Source: a virus (Duplodnaviria; Heunggongvirae; Uroviricota; Caudoviricetes; Crassvirales). From it: a DNA stretch of 64,000 bases. A model generated the notes under the pieces. It was not told the DNA's origin, did not search any database, and saw only the letters and a program-made list of their open reading frames with translations. Shown here one piece after another: positions 1 to 8,920 of this stretch (positions are counted from its first letter, which is position 1; each line of letters begins with the position of its first letter). Location of the stretch: the IMG/VR virus record IMGVR_UViG_3300020047_007580; one strand, written 5' to 3'. Both the position numbers and the translations under genes were made by a program.

Positions 1-29
1 TTTGTTTTAACAATAAAAATTACTTTATT

Positions 30-284
30 ATGGAAAAAGAAGATTATGTAGAGTTGTTTAGAAAGGAGTTTTTGAAACTAAATTTCGCACTAGACAGTTA
101 CAAACACAAGTGTAAAGCCAATTGGGCCGTAGTTAATTCAAAGGTTCATATCACTTTTGATACAGGCAATGATAAAGACTTCTTGAGGTATGAGTTAGGA
201 CTAGAAGAAGCTAAAGATTTCCTTCATGACTTTAAAAAGAAGTGTATTGACATCTGTTCACACATTAAAAAAGAGGCTAGCTAG
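30..284 (+). CDS. hypothetical protein (84 aa)
   Basis: Intact ORF with an ATG start, followed by a perfect palindrome plus T-run terminator. Confidence 0.45.
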   Translation: MEKEDYVELFRKEFLKLNFALDSYKHKCKANWAVVNSKVHITFDTGNDKDFLRYELGLEEAKDFLHDFKKKCIDICSHIKKEAS

Positions 285-297
285 CCTCTTTTGTTTT
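268..297. terminator. Bidirectional rho-independent terminator
   Basis: AAAAAA, then the 16-bp perfect palindrome GAGGCTAGCTAGCCTC (273-288), then TTTTGTTTT. It lies between convergent genes. Confidence 0.6.
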
Positions 298-441
298 ATA
301 TATTTAATTTTTTTCTTGGACCAGTCTTCAGTTTTTCAATTTCTGCAAACATCATTTCCATCTTAATGTTCGTATTCATCATTTCGTTTTCTAATTTATA
401 GATATTGTTTTCAAAATCACTTATCCTTATTCTTAATACCA

Positions 442-624
442 TTAATTCTTCTTCGTGTTCCATGTTAGTTTTTTTCTTTTATACTTATTGTCGTTCACGA
501 TATCACCTGTGTGTTTTATTTGTTCGCATTGATCGTAAGTTAATGTTCTTACTGATCCTATATCGCTAAGACTCATTGTCATTCCGCTATTAATATAAGC
601 TTTAATGTCTACTTTTTCTTCCAT
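442..624 (-). CDS. hypothetical small basic protein (60 aa)
   Basis: ORF whose start is embedded in the 3' end of the upstream gene. The coding sequence overlaps the conserved AAAGGACC...AAGAAACTA DNA motif. Confidence 0.35.
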   Translation of the reverse strand: MEEKVDIKAYINSGMTMSLSDIGSVRTLTYDQCEQIKHTGDIVNDNKYKRKKLTWNTKKN

Positions 625-827
625 TCTAGTTTCTTTTTAGGTCCTTTTAAATTCCTTAACTCATCTTTAAGCTTATCTTCTTTTGCTTTTTCTTTTGAAA
701 CATAATCCATAACTTTCATCAATTCAGTGAATTGTTCTAATGATGTTTCTTCGAACTTACGAAATGTACTCATTTGTTCTCTTAATCCTGGACCCATCTT
801 AATGTTTCCATCTGATATCCCACTCAT
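609..827 (-). CDS. hypothetical protein (72 aa), C-terminal GPKKKL family
   Basis: The C-terminus ...LKGPKKKLEWKKK is shared with the two upstream paralogs. ATGA start-stop overlap with the gene at 824-1123. Confidence 0.45.
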   Translation of the reverse strand: MSGISDGNIKMGPGLREQMSTFRKFEETSLEQFTELMKVMDYVSKEKAKEDKLKDELRNLKGPKKKLEWKKK

Positions 828-1123
828 ATTTTTAGTTTTTTCTTTGGTCCTTTTATTGTCTCTTGTTTTTTTCTTGGATCACTTAAATCAAACATTTCCA
901 TTCTAAATGACTCGGATGTAGTTAAAGGCATTGATACATCTAATACTGCATCATGCCAAGGAGAGTTTATTGATCTAGACACCCATTCAGTTTTAAACAC
1001 ACCTTTAATTGCTTTTTTTAATTCTTTCTTAGTTATGCTATTAAGAAACTTTTGTTTTCTTTTTGGCATCACCTCCAAAGGAGGATTCATTACGTATCTT
1101 TTGCTCTTATCTCTTTTCTTCAT
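824..1123 (-). CDS. hypothetical protein (99 aa), C-terminal GPKKKL family
   Basis: C-terminus ...TIKGPKKKLKI. Tandem with similar genes. Confidence 0.5.
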   Translation of the reverse strand: MKKRDKSKRYVMNPPLEVMPKRKQKFLNSITKKELKKAIKGVFKTEWVSRSINSPWHDAVLDVSMPLTTSESFRMEMFDLSDPRKKQETIKGPKKKLKI

Positions 1124-1146
1124 GATTTGCTTTATTACATAGCTAT

Positions 1147-1521
1147 TTAAAACTTAAGCTTCTTTTTGGGTTGTTTAATTACATTTTCTTTTTTAGTAAG
1201 AACTGTACTTATAAGGAATAAAGCTTTAGCTGTTTCTTCATTTATTCTCTCTACTCCTCTTGATATTAAAAACTTTTTAACTAATTCAGCTTTTTCTAAT
1301 GAATCAAGATACTCAAATGGAAGGTCATTCTTAATGAAGTTTGATGTAGAAGCAAATTGTGGTCTTGTATTAGAAGTTGATAATCCAGCTGTGTGTTTGT
1401 ACGTTGCTCCAGATGGTGATGTCCCGGTCATACTGTATCCTAAATATTCAGAGGAGCTTATTGATGTAGCTAACTGATTGCCAATTTTTATTTTTTTTTC
1501 AAATATTGATTCTTCTTCCAT
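1147..1521 (-). CDS. hypothetical protein (124 aa), C-terminal QPKKKL family
   Basis: C-terminus ...VIKQPKKKLKF. The plus-strand ORF 1166-1477 is its antisense shadow. Confidence 0.5.
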   Translation of the reverse strand: MEEESIFEKKIKIGNQLATSISSSEYLGYSMTGTSPSGATYKHTAGLSTSNTRPQFASTSNFIKNDLPFEYLDSLEKAELVKKFLISRGVERINEETAKALFLISTVLTKKENVIKQPKKKLKF

Positions 1522-1701
1522 AGTGTATTATTTTTGTGCAAGTTACGAATTAGTTTTTAGTAGGAGAAATTTTTTATATAAATTTTTTTTAAAATTTTTG
1601 TCGTGGACTGGATAAACCACACTTCACCCCCTACTCTTTTTATGTTTTGGGATATGGGGTACTCTTATATCTATAAACGTCTAATTTAATACTTACTCAT
1701 T

Positions 1702-1974
1702 ATGGCTTTAGCTACATTTCATTCAATTCGCGGAGAGAAAAAAACATCTGCATTATTACTAGTTAAAAAGAACGCATTATCATTTTCAAGCGACCCTGTA
1801 TACGTGCCTTTGGCGGGAGCTGCTCACTTTGCTGGCAAAGATTTAACTGACAAAGATAAAGGATTCTCATTTGAGATACCAGATGGTTACACATTGGAAG
1901 ATATCGTTGATAGTGTTACTGGAGAAATCCGTACCGCTAAAGATGGTAGCGCATTAAAACAACTAGCATACTAG
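1702..1974 (+). CDS. hypothetical protein (90 aa)
   Basis: Intact ORF with no recognisable motif. Confidence 0.4.
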   Translation: MALATFHSIRGEKKTSALLLVKKNALSFSSDPVYVPLAGAAHFAGKDLTDKDKGFSFEIPDGYTLEDIVDSVTGEIRTAKDGSALKQLAY

Positions 1975-2177
1975 TTGGGCCTTTAAGGCTTGCGCCTAAC
2001 TTACATCATCAGATAACTCACTACATAATAGTAGTGAGTTAATTATTAAACTTAAATCATAAGATACAATGAAATACTTTATTACTCAAGATGCTTTAGA
2101 GATAGACTCAGAAGAAGCAGCATTACAAATGGCTAGTTATAGAAACTAGTATTAATAAACCCTTAATTCTCAACCAC

Positions 2178-2399
2178 ATGAATTTACCAAACCCAAGATT
2201 ATTAGCGTATAATATATTCGCGATAATTAAACTTCTAGCATTATTATTCTTATTCTTTTCGGGATTAGTATTAATGATCTCAGAGCCAATTAATAATGGA
2301 GATTTAGAAACTCTTATTCTATCTAAGATAGTTGGAATAGGTGCATTATATATTGCATATCAAATCTTTAATGGCTCATTGAATAAATTAAATGAGTAA
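2178..2399 (+). CDS. small membrane protein (73 aa)
   Basis: Strongly hydrophobic segments (LLALLFLFFSGLVLMI, IVGIGALYIAY). Confidence 0.45.
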   Translation: MNLPNPRLLAYNIFAIIKLLALLFLFFSGLVLMISEPINNGDLETLILSKIVGIGALYIAYQIFNGSLNKLNE

Positions 2400-2666
2400 C
2401 TCTCATTAATCACACAATTCGTGGTTGAATTAGTTTGCACTTATACTCATCAGCATTGACTTGTCTGGTGAGTTGAGTGTTTAATGTAAGTTATTGTTAT
2501 GCTTCGCATAGACCCAATACCCACATTACATCAACATAACCTCAATCAAAATTAACCTCACATTAATAACATCGCTATTATGAATCAATCTCCAAATGAT
2601 TACGAATATATCCCTAAGTATGAACAAGATCTTTGTGATGAAGATGGAATGCCTTATTAAGTAATT

Positions 2667-2885
2667 ATGTATAAAGAAAACGACTTCGTATTAATTACTA
2701 CTATAGTATTTAACAAGGGAAACAAAGATGAATACTATAAAACTTATTCAGGAATTATAAGCTATGAATCAGAAAATAATATTGGATTCTCGCAAGCAGT
2801 AGTTCATCAGATATGGAAGAATTATGGAACAACATGTAACATGAGCACACATTTCTCAATCAATAAAACATCAATAAAGTATTAG
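2667..2885 (+). CDS. hypothetical protein (72 aa)
   Basis: ORF only. Confidence 0.3.
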   Translation: MYKENDFVLITTIVFNKGNKDEYYKTYSGIISYESENNIGFSQAVVHQIWKNYGTTCNMSTHFSINKTSIKY

Positions 2886-3393
2886 TCTTAAAGACTATAA
2901 GAGACAAGGGGGATAATATCTATTTTATAGATGAACGTTTTGTAGCATTATCTCCCGGACTCTCTTCGTAATATATTCAAAACAACACTGTGTTAACAAA
3001 GGCTGCAGTAATCTTGTTAATAATCTCTATCTAGTGCACTATCCTGGAAAAGAGTAAGAAATAATGACGTGTCATTCAGTATGGTGAAACATGCTCAGTC
3101 TTGGTAAACCAATTGCAAGACAAAATGACTTGGTGATTCAACATGAATCTCACACTATAAGCACGTAGAGAATATTGCTTATGGTTGCTAACAACTTAAT
3201 TCAGTATTGTCTGATGAAAAGTAATGCTTGTAAAGACAAGTGAATCAAGGTAAATTACAACATCCCTTGAATAATTAATGAATCAACGTAGAGGATTAGA
3301 TGTTGATCAATCTATAATATCCTTGCATGAAACAGGTTCATTATATCTTGGTATTGTTGAGTTCGCGAAGCAGTACTGTGATTTAGAAAATTT

Positions 3394-3418
3394 GGCTCGA
3401 TGTGAAATACATCGAGCC
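3394..3418 (+). promoter_or_regulatory. Perfect 10-bp stem hairpin (GGCTCGATGT/ACATCGAGCC, loop GAAAT) upstream of gene 3449
   Basis: Seen directly. Not followed by a clean T-run, so its role as regulatory element or terminator is uncertain. Confidence 0.3.
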
Positions 3419-3448
3419 ATTATAAAACAACTCTAAATAAATACAATA

Positions 3449-3919
3449 ATGATAAATTACATTCCAGAAACAGATGAAAAGTATTCTATCACAGAAGAAG
3501 GAGTAGTCACAATGCATTATAAGATTTCATCATCAATGAATAAAATTAAATGCAATAAAGTAATGACAACGTTTATTAAGAAAAATAAATCTGTATTAAA
3601 GATTAGATTCTTAAACAAGCCATTAGCTTCAAAATCAATAGAATCATTAGTACACATGACTTATGGATTTACAAAGTGTAAACATTGTAATTCAAAGATA
3701 AATGGGAAGATGAAAGACAGAAGATGTTATAATTGCACATTAAGTTATGATAAATTAGCTTCAAGAAAAGCAAGAGAAAACATAGTTCCATTCTATATAG
3801 CTCAATTATCTGGATTAAAAAGAAAAGAAGTTACTAATGAGTTTCATGAAGTATATAAATCTAAAATAGAAATAATAAGACTAATAAAACAGAAATCAAA
3901 TGAAATCAAAGCATTATAA
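3449..3919 (+). CDS. Zn-ribbon containing protein (156 aa)
   Basis: CxxC...CxxC pattern (CKHCNSK ... CYNC). Basic protein. Confidence 0.5.
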   Translation: MINYIPETDEKYSITEEGVVTMHYKISSSMNKIKCNKVMTTFIKKNKSVLKIRFLNKPLASKSIESLVHMTYGFTKCKHCNSKINGKMKDRRCYNCTLSYDKLASRKARENIVPFYIAQLSGLKRKEVTNEFHEVYKSKIEIIRLIKQKSNEIKAL

Positions 3920-4088
3920 TAAATTAAACAAAACGCTATTTGTACTTCTTAATGAAGTAAGAAAAGACAAAACTACGCTAGAAATAGCAAGAGTTCAAGT
4001 AAGAATCTCTAATGAGATAATAAAGCTAGAAGCTACAAAAATTAAATCAGAAAGAATAATAGGTCATACTGACGCATTCTTTAAATAA
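3900..4088 (+). CDS. hypothetical protein (62 aa)
   Basis: ORF overlapping the end of the upstream gene. Confidence 0.3.
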   Translation: MKSKHYNKLNKTLFVLLNEVRKDKTTLEIARVQVRISNEIIKLEATKIKSERIIGHTDAFFK

Positions 4089-4104
4089 AGAAATCAACCA
4101 CAAC

Positions 4105-4305
4105 ATGAAACAAAGCACAAAATTATTAGTAGTAGTAATATTAAGCCTTATATGGGCATTAACTACGATATTTGCAGCAGCAAACAATTCAATGATAATG
4201 GAAGATTCAATTAATATCTTTATGTTATTAGTTCCCTTCATCTCATTTTTCGGATCATTATTAATCTATCATTTTGAATACAAATTTGAGCAAAAAATCA
4301 ATTAA
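4105..4305 (+). CDS. small membrane protein (66 aa)
   Basis: Two hydrophobic helices. Confidence 0.4.
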   Translation: MKQSTKLLVVVILSLIWALTTIFAAANNSMIMEDSINIFMLLVPFISFFGSLLIYHFEYKFEQKIN

Positions 4306-4495
4306 AATGAAAAAATTCACAAAAATATTGACTATAACATTGTCAGTTTTAGTTGTAATAAGCTCATTAGTTTTATTAACATTAATAACATGGGTTAAAA
4401 TTGATCCAATAATGTTAAATAAAATAATAGACACAATTATAATAGTTTCTATAATGACGTTATTGTCATTTATTGTAAATTCTATTGTAGAATAA
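4274..4495 (+). CDS. small membrane protein (73 aa; start may be at 4307)
   Basis: Hydrophobic helices. Overlaps the upstream gene. Confidence 0.4.
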   Translation: MNTNLSKKSIKMKKFTKILTITLSVLVVISSLVLLTLITWVKIDPIMLNKIIDTIIIVSIMTLLSFIVNSIVE

Positions 4496-4503
4496 AAATT
4501 AAA

Positions 4504-4576
4504 TTCTGTAATAGTTCAATGGGCAAAGAACGCTTGTTTAATACAAGAAAAGATAGTTCGATTCTATCAACAGAAC
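4504..4576 (+). tRNA. tRNA-like element with noncanonical anticodon arm
   Basis: Acceptor stem TTCTGTA/AACAGAA pairs 6/7. D-stem GTTC/GAAC. Perfect T-arm GATAG-TTCGATT-CTATC. The anticodon stem CTTGT/ACAAG closes a 5-nt loop, or a 4-bp stem closes a 7-nt loop TTTAATA. Confidence 0.4.
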
Positions 4577-4699
4577 AAAACAATCAGCGTGCAACTGCAA
4601 TTACAAGGAATATCTAAGTAGCCTTGCGTGTGATTAAAACTGAGACATTCTAACACTTTGAGTGTCTTAGTTTTCTATTATTAATTAAACCAAATTAAA

Positions 4700-4921
4700 A
4701 TGTATACAATCAAGAATCAGCATGACGATAAAGTCATAGATAAAGATCATCCCGAATACGAAGAATTACACATTCAAGATGAAATAAAGTATTTATCAGT
4801 AGGAGATACAATAAAAGGAAAATACGAATATAAAGTAACTTCTAAAGGAGTTGTTATTATTCATAGCGTTTTTAGTGGATTTACTCCAAGATGGGATGCG
4901 GTATTAAGAAGAAAAAATTAG
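4700..4921 (+). CDS. hypothetical protein (73 aa)
   Basis: ORF only. Confidence 0.4.
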   Translation: MYTIKNQHDDKVIDKDHPEYEELHIQDEIKYLSVGDTIKGKYEYKVTSKGVVIIHSVFSGFTPRWDAVLRRKN

Positions 4922-5030
4922 TATAAATCAAGTAAAATCAATTAACCATGAAAGAAAAAATTAAAAGATTCTTTAATAGAATCCACAAAGAGCTCCAAGA
5001 ATTAGGAGTAAACGCAGGATACGCAATAAG

Positions 5031-5438
5031 ATGCTAAATACAATTCACACTGCGGGAACAGAGTCAGACGCTAGAGAATTCATGTCTGAAATATCTGGGT
5101 TAGACAAATACTACAATGAAGTATACGACAAAGTAGATGAACTTTACTACATGTCCTCAAGTAAAGTCAAGCCAAAAAAGACACTTAACTTCAAAACGTA
5201 TACAATAAAAGTATTTGATAAAGAAGGAAAACAACATCAATTCTATTTTGACAATAAAAGGTTCGATGAACACGGAATAATTGCAGATAGATTTGAAGTA
5301 AGAAGAATAAGATCACTATTTGATTTTGGAATAGAGTATCACTTTGTTAAAAAAGTGAAAATCTGCGAAGGAAACGGATGGTATAGTTGGGGAGGTATTT
5401 ATAAAATAAAAGGACATGAGTTCTACTTTGAAATGTAA
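5031..5438 (+). CDS. hypothetical protein (135 aa)
   Basis: ORF only. Confidence 0.5.
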   Translation: MLNTIHTAGTESDAREFMSEISGLDKYYNEVYDKVDELYYMSSSKVKPKKTLNFKTYTIKVFDKEGKQHQFYFDNKRFDEHGIIADRFEVRRIRSLFDFGIEYHFVKKVKICEGNGWYSWGGIYKIKGHEFYFEM

Positions 5439-5439
5439 A

Positions 5440-5670
5440 ATGGCAAAATTAACAAAATTAAAAGACGAAAAATTCTTTGGAAAACATCCAAATGGAATTG
5501 ACGAAGGCTTCATTGTAGAAGTAGATATTAAACCGGAAATCCCATTAGTGGGATTTAGTTATAGATTTGGTAGACTATCTACTTCAGAAGTAACTGAAAT
5601 TGTGGAAATTACTGATATAAATTGTGTATTTAGAACAAAAAATTCAACATATAAAGTAGAGTTCAAATGA
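5440..5670 (+). CDS. hypothetical protein (~77 aa; alternative start 5416)
   Basis: An ATG lies 2 nt after the upstream stop. Confidence 0.4.
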   Translation: MAKLTKLKDEKFFGKHPNGIDEGFIVEVDIKPEIPLVGFSYRFGRLSTSEVTEIVEITDINCVFRTKNSTYKVEFK

Positions 5671-6026
5671 AAAATATGTTATACCGCAGAACGTCTAGAA
5701 TGTTAATATCTATAACAATAAGTTTGTTATTAATTCTAATAGTTTTTTACACAATTAATTTTGGTAACATGAATGTTATTATTAAATCTTTTGATTTAAA
5801 AATATTTATGGCATCTTTATTTTTTGTATCGTTATTAATGTATATGTTTTTAACTGATTCTAAACAGCCAATCGAAAGAGTGTTGGCAGGATATTACGAT
5901 AAAAATATTGGAACAACAAGAAAAGAGTATTCAAAAAAACAAATAGATCAGTTAGAATACGAAAATCTTTACAATCAAGCAGCAGAAGAATATTATAGAA
6001 ACCCTGAAAATCAAGAGAAATGTTAG
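5667..6026 (+). CDS. membrane protein (119 aa)
   Basis: Two hydrophobic segments. ATGA overlap with the upstream gene. Confidence 0.5.
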   Translation: MKNMLYRRTSRMLISITISLLLILIVFYTINFGNMNVIIKSFDLKIFMASLFFVSLLMYMFLTDSKQPIERVLAGYYDKNIGTTRKEYSKKQIDQLEYENLYNQAAEEYYRNPENQEKC

Positions 6027-6153
6027 TTAGTGAAAAAAGAAAACACATATCAATTCTTGTAAGACAAGAAGGATTTGAAGATTGGATGAAAAAGATTAAA
6101 AACAAATATGTTTATAGTTACGCCATGAAAGCAGCAATTCAAAATGTAAAATA

Positions 6154-6972
6154 ATGGAAACTATTACAGAAGCAGAATTAGATTCCATTAAAAAAATAAC
6201 CGGCTATGAATCAAAAAGTCATAAAAATATTGATTCAGTATGCTATCTTGAAATAATAAAACCTCTTAAATGGGCCGGATCTTACGGAACACAACAAGAA
6301 GTTTCTAATTTAATTCCAGTAGGGTCGGTTACTTGGGTACGTAGATTTGATGAAAAAGACGACTCAACCCTTATTGAAGATAACGCTTACGAAATTAATT
6401 TCGATACAAAATGTTTTAGATTAATCAAGGTTGATTTATATTCAAAAGAAGCACATAAAATGGCGGTATACAATCCTATGATAAAATACAGATTCAAAAC
6501 TAAAGAAGAGTTCATTAAAGAAGGTAGTTGGATGTATAGGGACGTAGGCGGAAGAGATGGCGGATATCCAAAAAACTGGGCGTCTGATGGCGGAATGAAT
6601 AATTATTTAGGCAAAACTGTATCTAATGGCGGGCATGCAGCTATAGAAACTTTTAAGGAAAGAGGCGGAATTGATAGGATTTCATTTGATGGATGGTCAT
6701 TCAGAGAGTGGAATTTTATAGGCGTTGATGTAGTTGCACCACCAATAGAAATGCCAAGAGCTGAAAAAATGCCTCCTAGTTTTAGAGACGAAGTTCCTAA
6801 AGCAATAATTACACCGCCTCAACCAATTCAACAGGTTGATTGGAGAACAGTAGGACCTAAACCTTCGTTATCCCCTACCTCCCAGAACACCGCATCCATA
6901 CGATACATGGAAGAAAAAGAAAATTTAACTGATGACATTGTCATCGAATCAACAATTAATATAACAATTTAA
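6154..6972 (+). CDS. hypothetical protein (272 aa)
   Basis: Long intact ORF with no motif recognised. Confidence 0.55.
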   Translation: METITEAELDSIKKITGYESKSHKNIDSVCYLEIIKPLKWAGSYGTQQEVSNLIPVGSVTWVRRFDEKDDSTLIEDNAYEINFDTKCFRLIKVDLYSKEAHKMAVYNPMIKYRFKTKEEFIKEGSWMYRDVGGRDGGYPKNWASDGGMNNYLGKTVSNGGHAAIETFKERGGIDRISFDGWSFREWNFIGVDVVAPPIEMPRAEKMPPSFRDEVPKAIITPPQPIQQVDWRTVGPKPSLSPTSQNTASIRYMEEKENLTDDIVIESTINITI

Positions 6973-6981
6973 AACAAAAAA

Positions 6982-7347
6982 ATGAGTTCAGTAAGAGAAA
7001 TTAAAGAAAATGCTTCATTATTTATTCAATTAGTGATAGCAGCAGTGAAAGGCGATGACGCAGCAGCAGTAGGAATTAAAATTCAAAAGACCGCAATGGC
7101 TCAAATTCGTGCTCAAGTAGCCGCAAAGAATGCGCATACATTAACGCTTGAAGATAATCTTGAAGTAGCAAAAGAAGCTTTAGCAACAGCTCGTATCAAC
7201 AACGGAGTGCTAATTTCCGATAGTGTTGAGTACATTAAAAGGCTTCTAATTGCAAACAAGAATATCTTAAAAGCTGAAGATGATATTAAAAATCACGAAA
7301 AAGAGATTGAATTCTTAACAGAACAGTTGGGAATAATTTCTAAATAG
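6982..7347 (+). CDS. hypothetical Ala-rich coiled-coil protein (121 aa)
   Basis: ORF only. Confidence 0.5.
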   Translation: MSSVREIKENASLFIQLVIAAVKGDDAAAVGIKIQKTAMAQIRAQVAAKNAHTLTLEDNLEVAKEALATARINNGVLISDSVEYIKRLLIANKNILKAEDDIKNHEKEIEFLTEQLGIISK

Positions 7348-7540
7348 TGTTTTTTAATATAGTTTAAAGCTAAAAAACTTTTGTTTTGTAAATGTTAGTG
7401 GTTTTTCAATACTAAGCAAAAGTTCTATGTCAATAAAGTTATAAATTTAAACTTTTTTTAATGAGATTTAAAGAGTTTATCCGTTTTGAGAACCTTTATT
7501 GACATAGAAAATGATTTTAAAAATGATTAAAAATTAAACA

Positions 7541-7735
7541 AATCACACACAGAAAAGTAAACAAGTAGGCAAAATCAGATTTAATTATCGCTGATAGTGC
7601 GAAGTAAGCCGTGAAACTTCATTACTACGACATTTCAAGAGATGTCTTGTTTGTTTAGTATGATAAATTTGTATATGCGGTAGGACATCAACCTACATAC
7701 AAATAATTATTCTTTCTTGAAAGGTGTGTGATTTT
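7541..7735. repeat. Intergenic repeat element, copy A (~190 bp)
   Basis: Shares three conserved blocks with 8735-8920. These are AAAAATTAAAC..CACACA.AGAAA..AAACAAGTA, then TGTTTGTT.A.TATGATAAAT, then G.TGTGTG.TTTT. The two copies are in the same order and spacing. Confidence 0.45.
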
Positions 7736-7757
7736 TTTTAAAACAAAACTAAAAATT

Positions 7758-7916
7758 ATGATAAACAAATACATGGTATTAACTATCCTATCATTAGTAT
7801 GGGCGTTAACGGCATTTTGGGTTTTTAATCACATCAATGTTTGGGCTGGGATTGGCTTTGGTGTGTTAGGTTTAATGATCGCAGTAAGTAAAATTAATAA
7901 AAAATTAAAAAAGTAA
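7758..7916 (+). CDS. small membrane protein (52 aa; track start at 7728 uses GTG)
   Basis: Single hydrophobic helix. Its stop overlaps the start of the downstream lipoprotein gene. Confidence 0.4.
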   Translation: MINKYMVLTILSLVWALTAFWVFNHINVWAGIGFGVLGLMIAVSKINKKLKK

Positions 7917-7918
7917 AA

Positions 7919-8731
7919 ATGAAAAAAGTTTTAGTATTATTTTTAGGGTTATTCCTTTTATCAGGATTAACATCGTGTGAAAGAGTAGCTCCAAATTATT
8001 ATGGAGTGCTAATGGAAAGCTATGGTAAAAATGGCAAATCAGATTACACTAGACAGCAAGGAAGAGTTAGTACTATGTCTCCGGGAACAGAATTATTTCA
8101 AGTTCCTGCGTGGGAACAAAGAGGTCAGTTTACTAATGATGAAGGACTAGATCGAGTATTAAATATTAAAGCCGCTGACAATACAGCTTTTTCTTCTAAG
8201 CCTTTGTATTCATATAAAGTAATGGAAGATAGAGTGGTTGATGTTGTATTTCAAAATGCTAGACTTGGTTCGGGAAGTGATTTCATGGCTGCTTTACAAG
8301 ATAATGTATTAGAACCTAGAATTTATGATGTTATAAAAGAAGCTTCTAGAGGATATACTACAGATCAATTAATGGCAAATGGAGGATCATTAAAATTTGA
8401 GCAATATGTACAAGAAATAGTTAAAAAAGAGTTTGAAAAATCAGGATTAGAATTAATTAGTTTCAGTCTTAATTTAGATTTCTCTAAAAAAGTAAAAGCA
8501 AAAATTGATAGCCGAAATGAAGTTAATACAAATATTTCTGTTTTAGATCAACAAATTGCTGAACAAAGAAAAACAAACGAATTAGAGCTCTTAAAAACAG
8601 AACAAGCTATAATTAGGTCTAGAGGATTAACTGATGCTATATTGCAAGAAAAAGCTATCAGACGTTGGGATGGTGTATTACCATCTACATTTGCTAATAG
8701 TAATTTACCATTTGTTAAAAACATAAAATAA
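7919..8731 (+). CDS. lipoprotein, SPFH/band-7 (prohibitin-like) domain candidate (270 aa)
   Basis: Signal peptide with lipobox (LLSGLTSC). The central region and C-terminal coiled coil resemble SPFH-family architecture by eye. Confidence 0.5.
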   Translation: MKKVLVLFLGLFLLSGLTSCERVAPNYYGVLMESYGKNGKSDYTRQQGRVSTMSPGTELFQVPAWEQRGQFTNDEGLDRVLNIKAADNTAFSSKPLYSYKVMEDRVVDVVFQNARLGSGSDFMAALQDNVLEPRIYDVIKEASRGYTTDQLMANGGSLKFEQYVQEIVKKEFEKSGLELISFSLNLDFSKKVKAKIDSRNEVNTNISVLDQQIAEQRKTNELELLKTEQAIIRSRGLTDAILQEKAIRRWDGVLPSTFANSNLPFVKNIK

Positions 8732-8734
8732 AAA

Positions 8735-8920
8735 ATTAAACCACACATAGAAAGACAAACAAGTAATATGTCCTTTTTGCGTTTTCACTGAAATAATATT
8801 CGTAAGAATGAGGGTGAGAATATTACAACACTACAAGAAGTGTTATGTTTGTTGAATATGATAAATCTACGAAGAAATGTAGAGGTTTGTCCCAATCTTG
8901 ATGGATGTGTGGTTTTATAA
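8735..8920. repeat. Intergenic repeat element, copy B
   Basis: See copy A. Immediately downstream of the SPFH-like gene. Confidence 0.45.

Noticed and set aside
1166-1477. Plus-strand 103-aa ORF
   Set aside because: It lies entirely antisense within the minus-strand gene 1147-1521, which belongs to a three-member paralog family. Treated as a shadow ORF.
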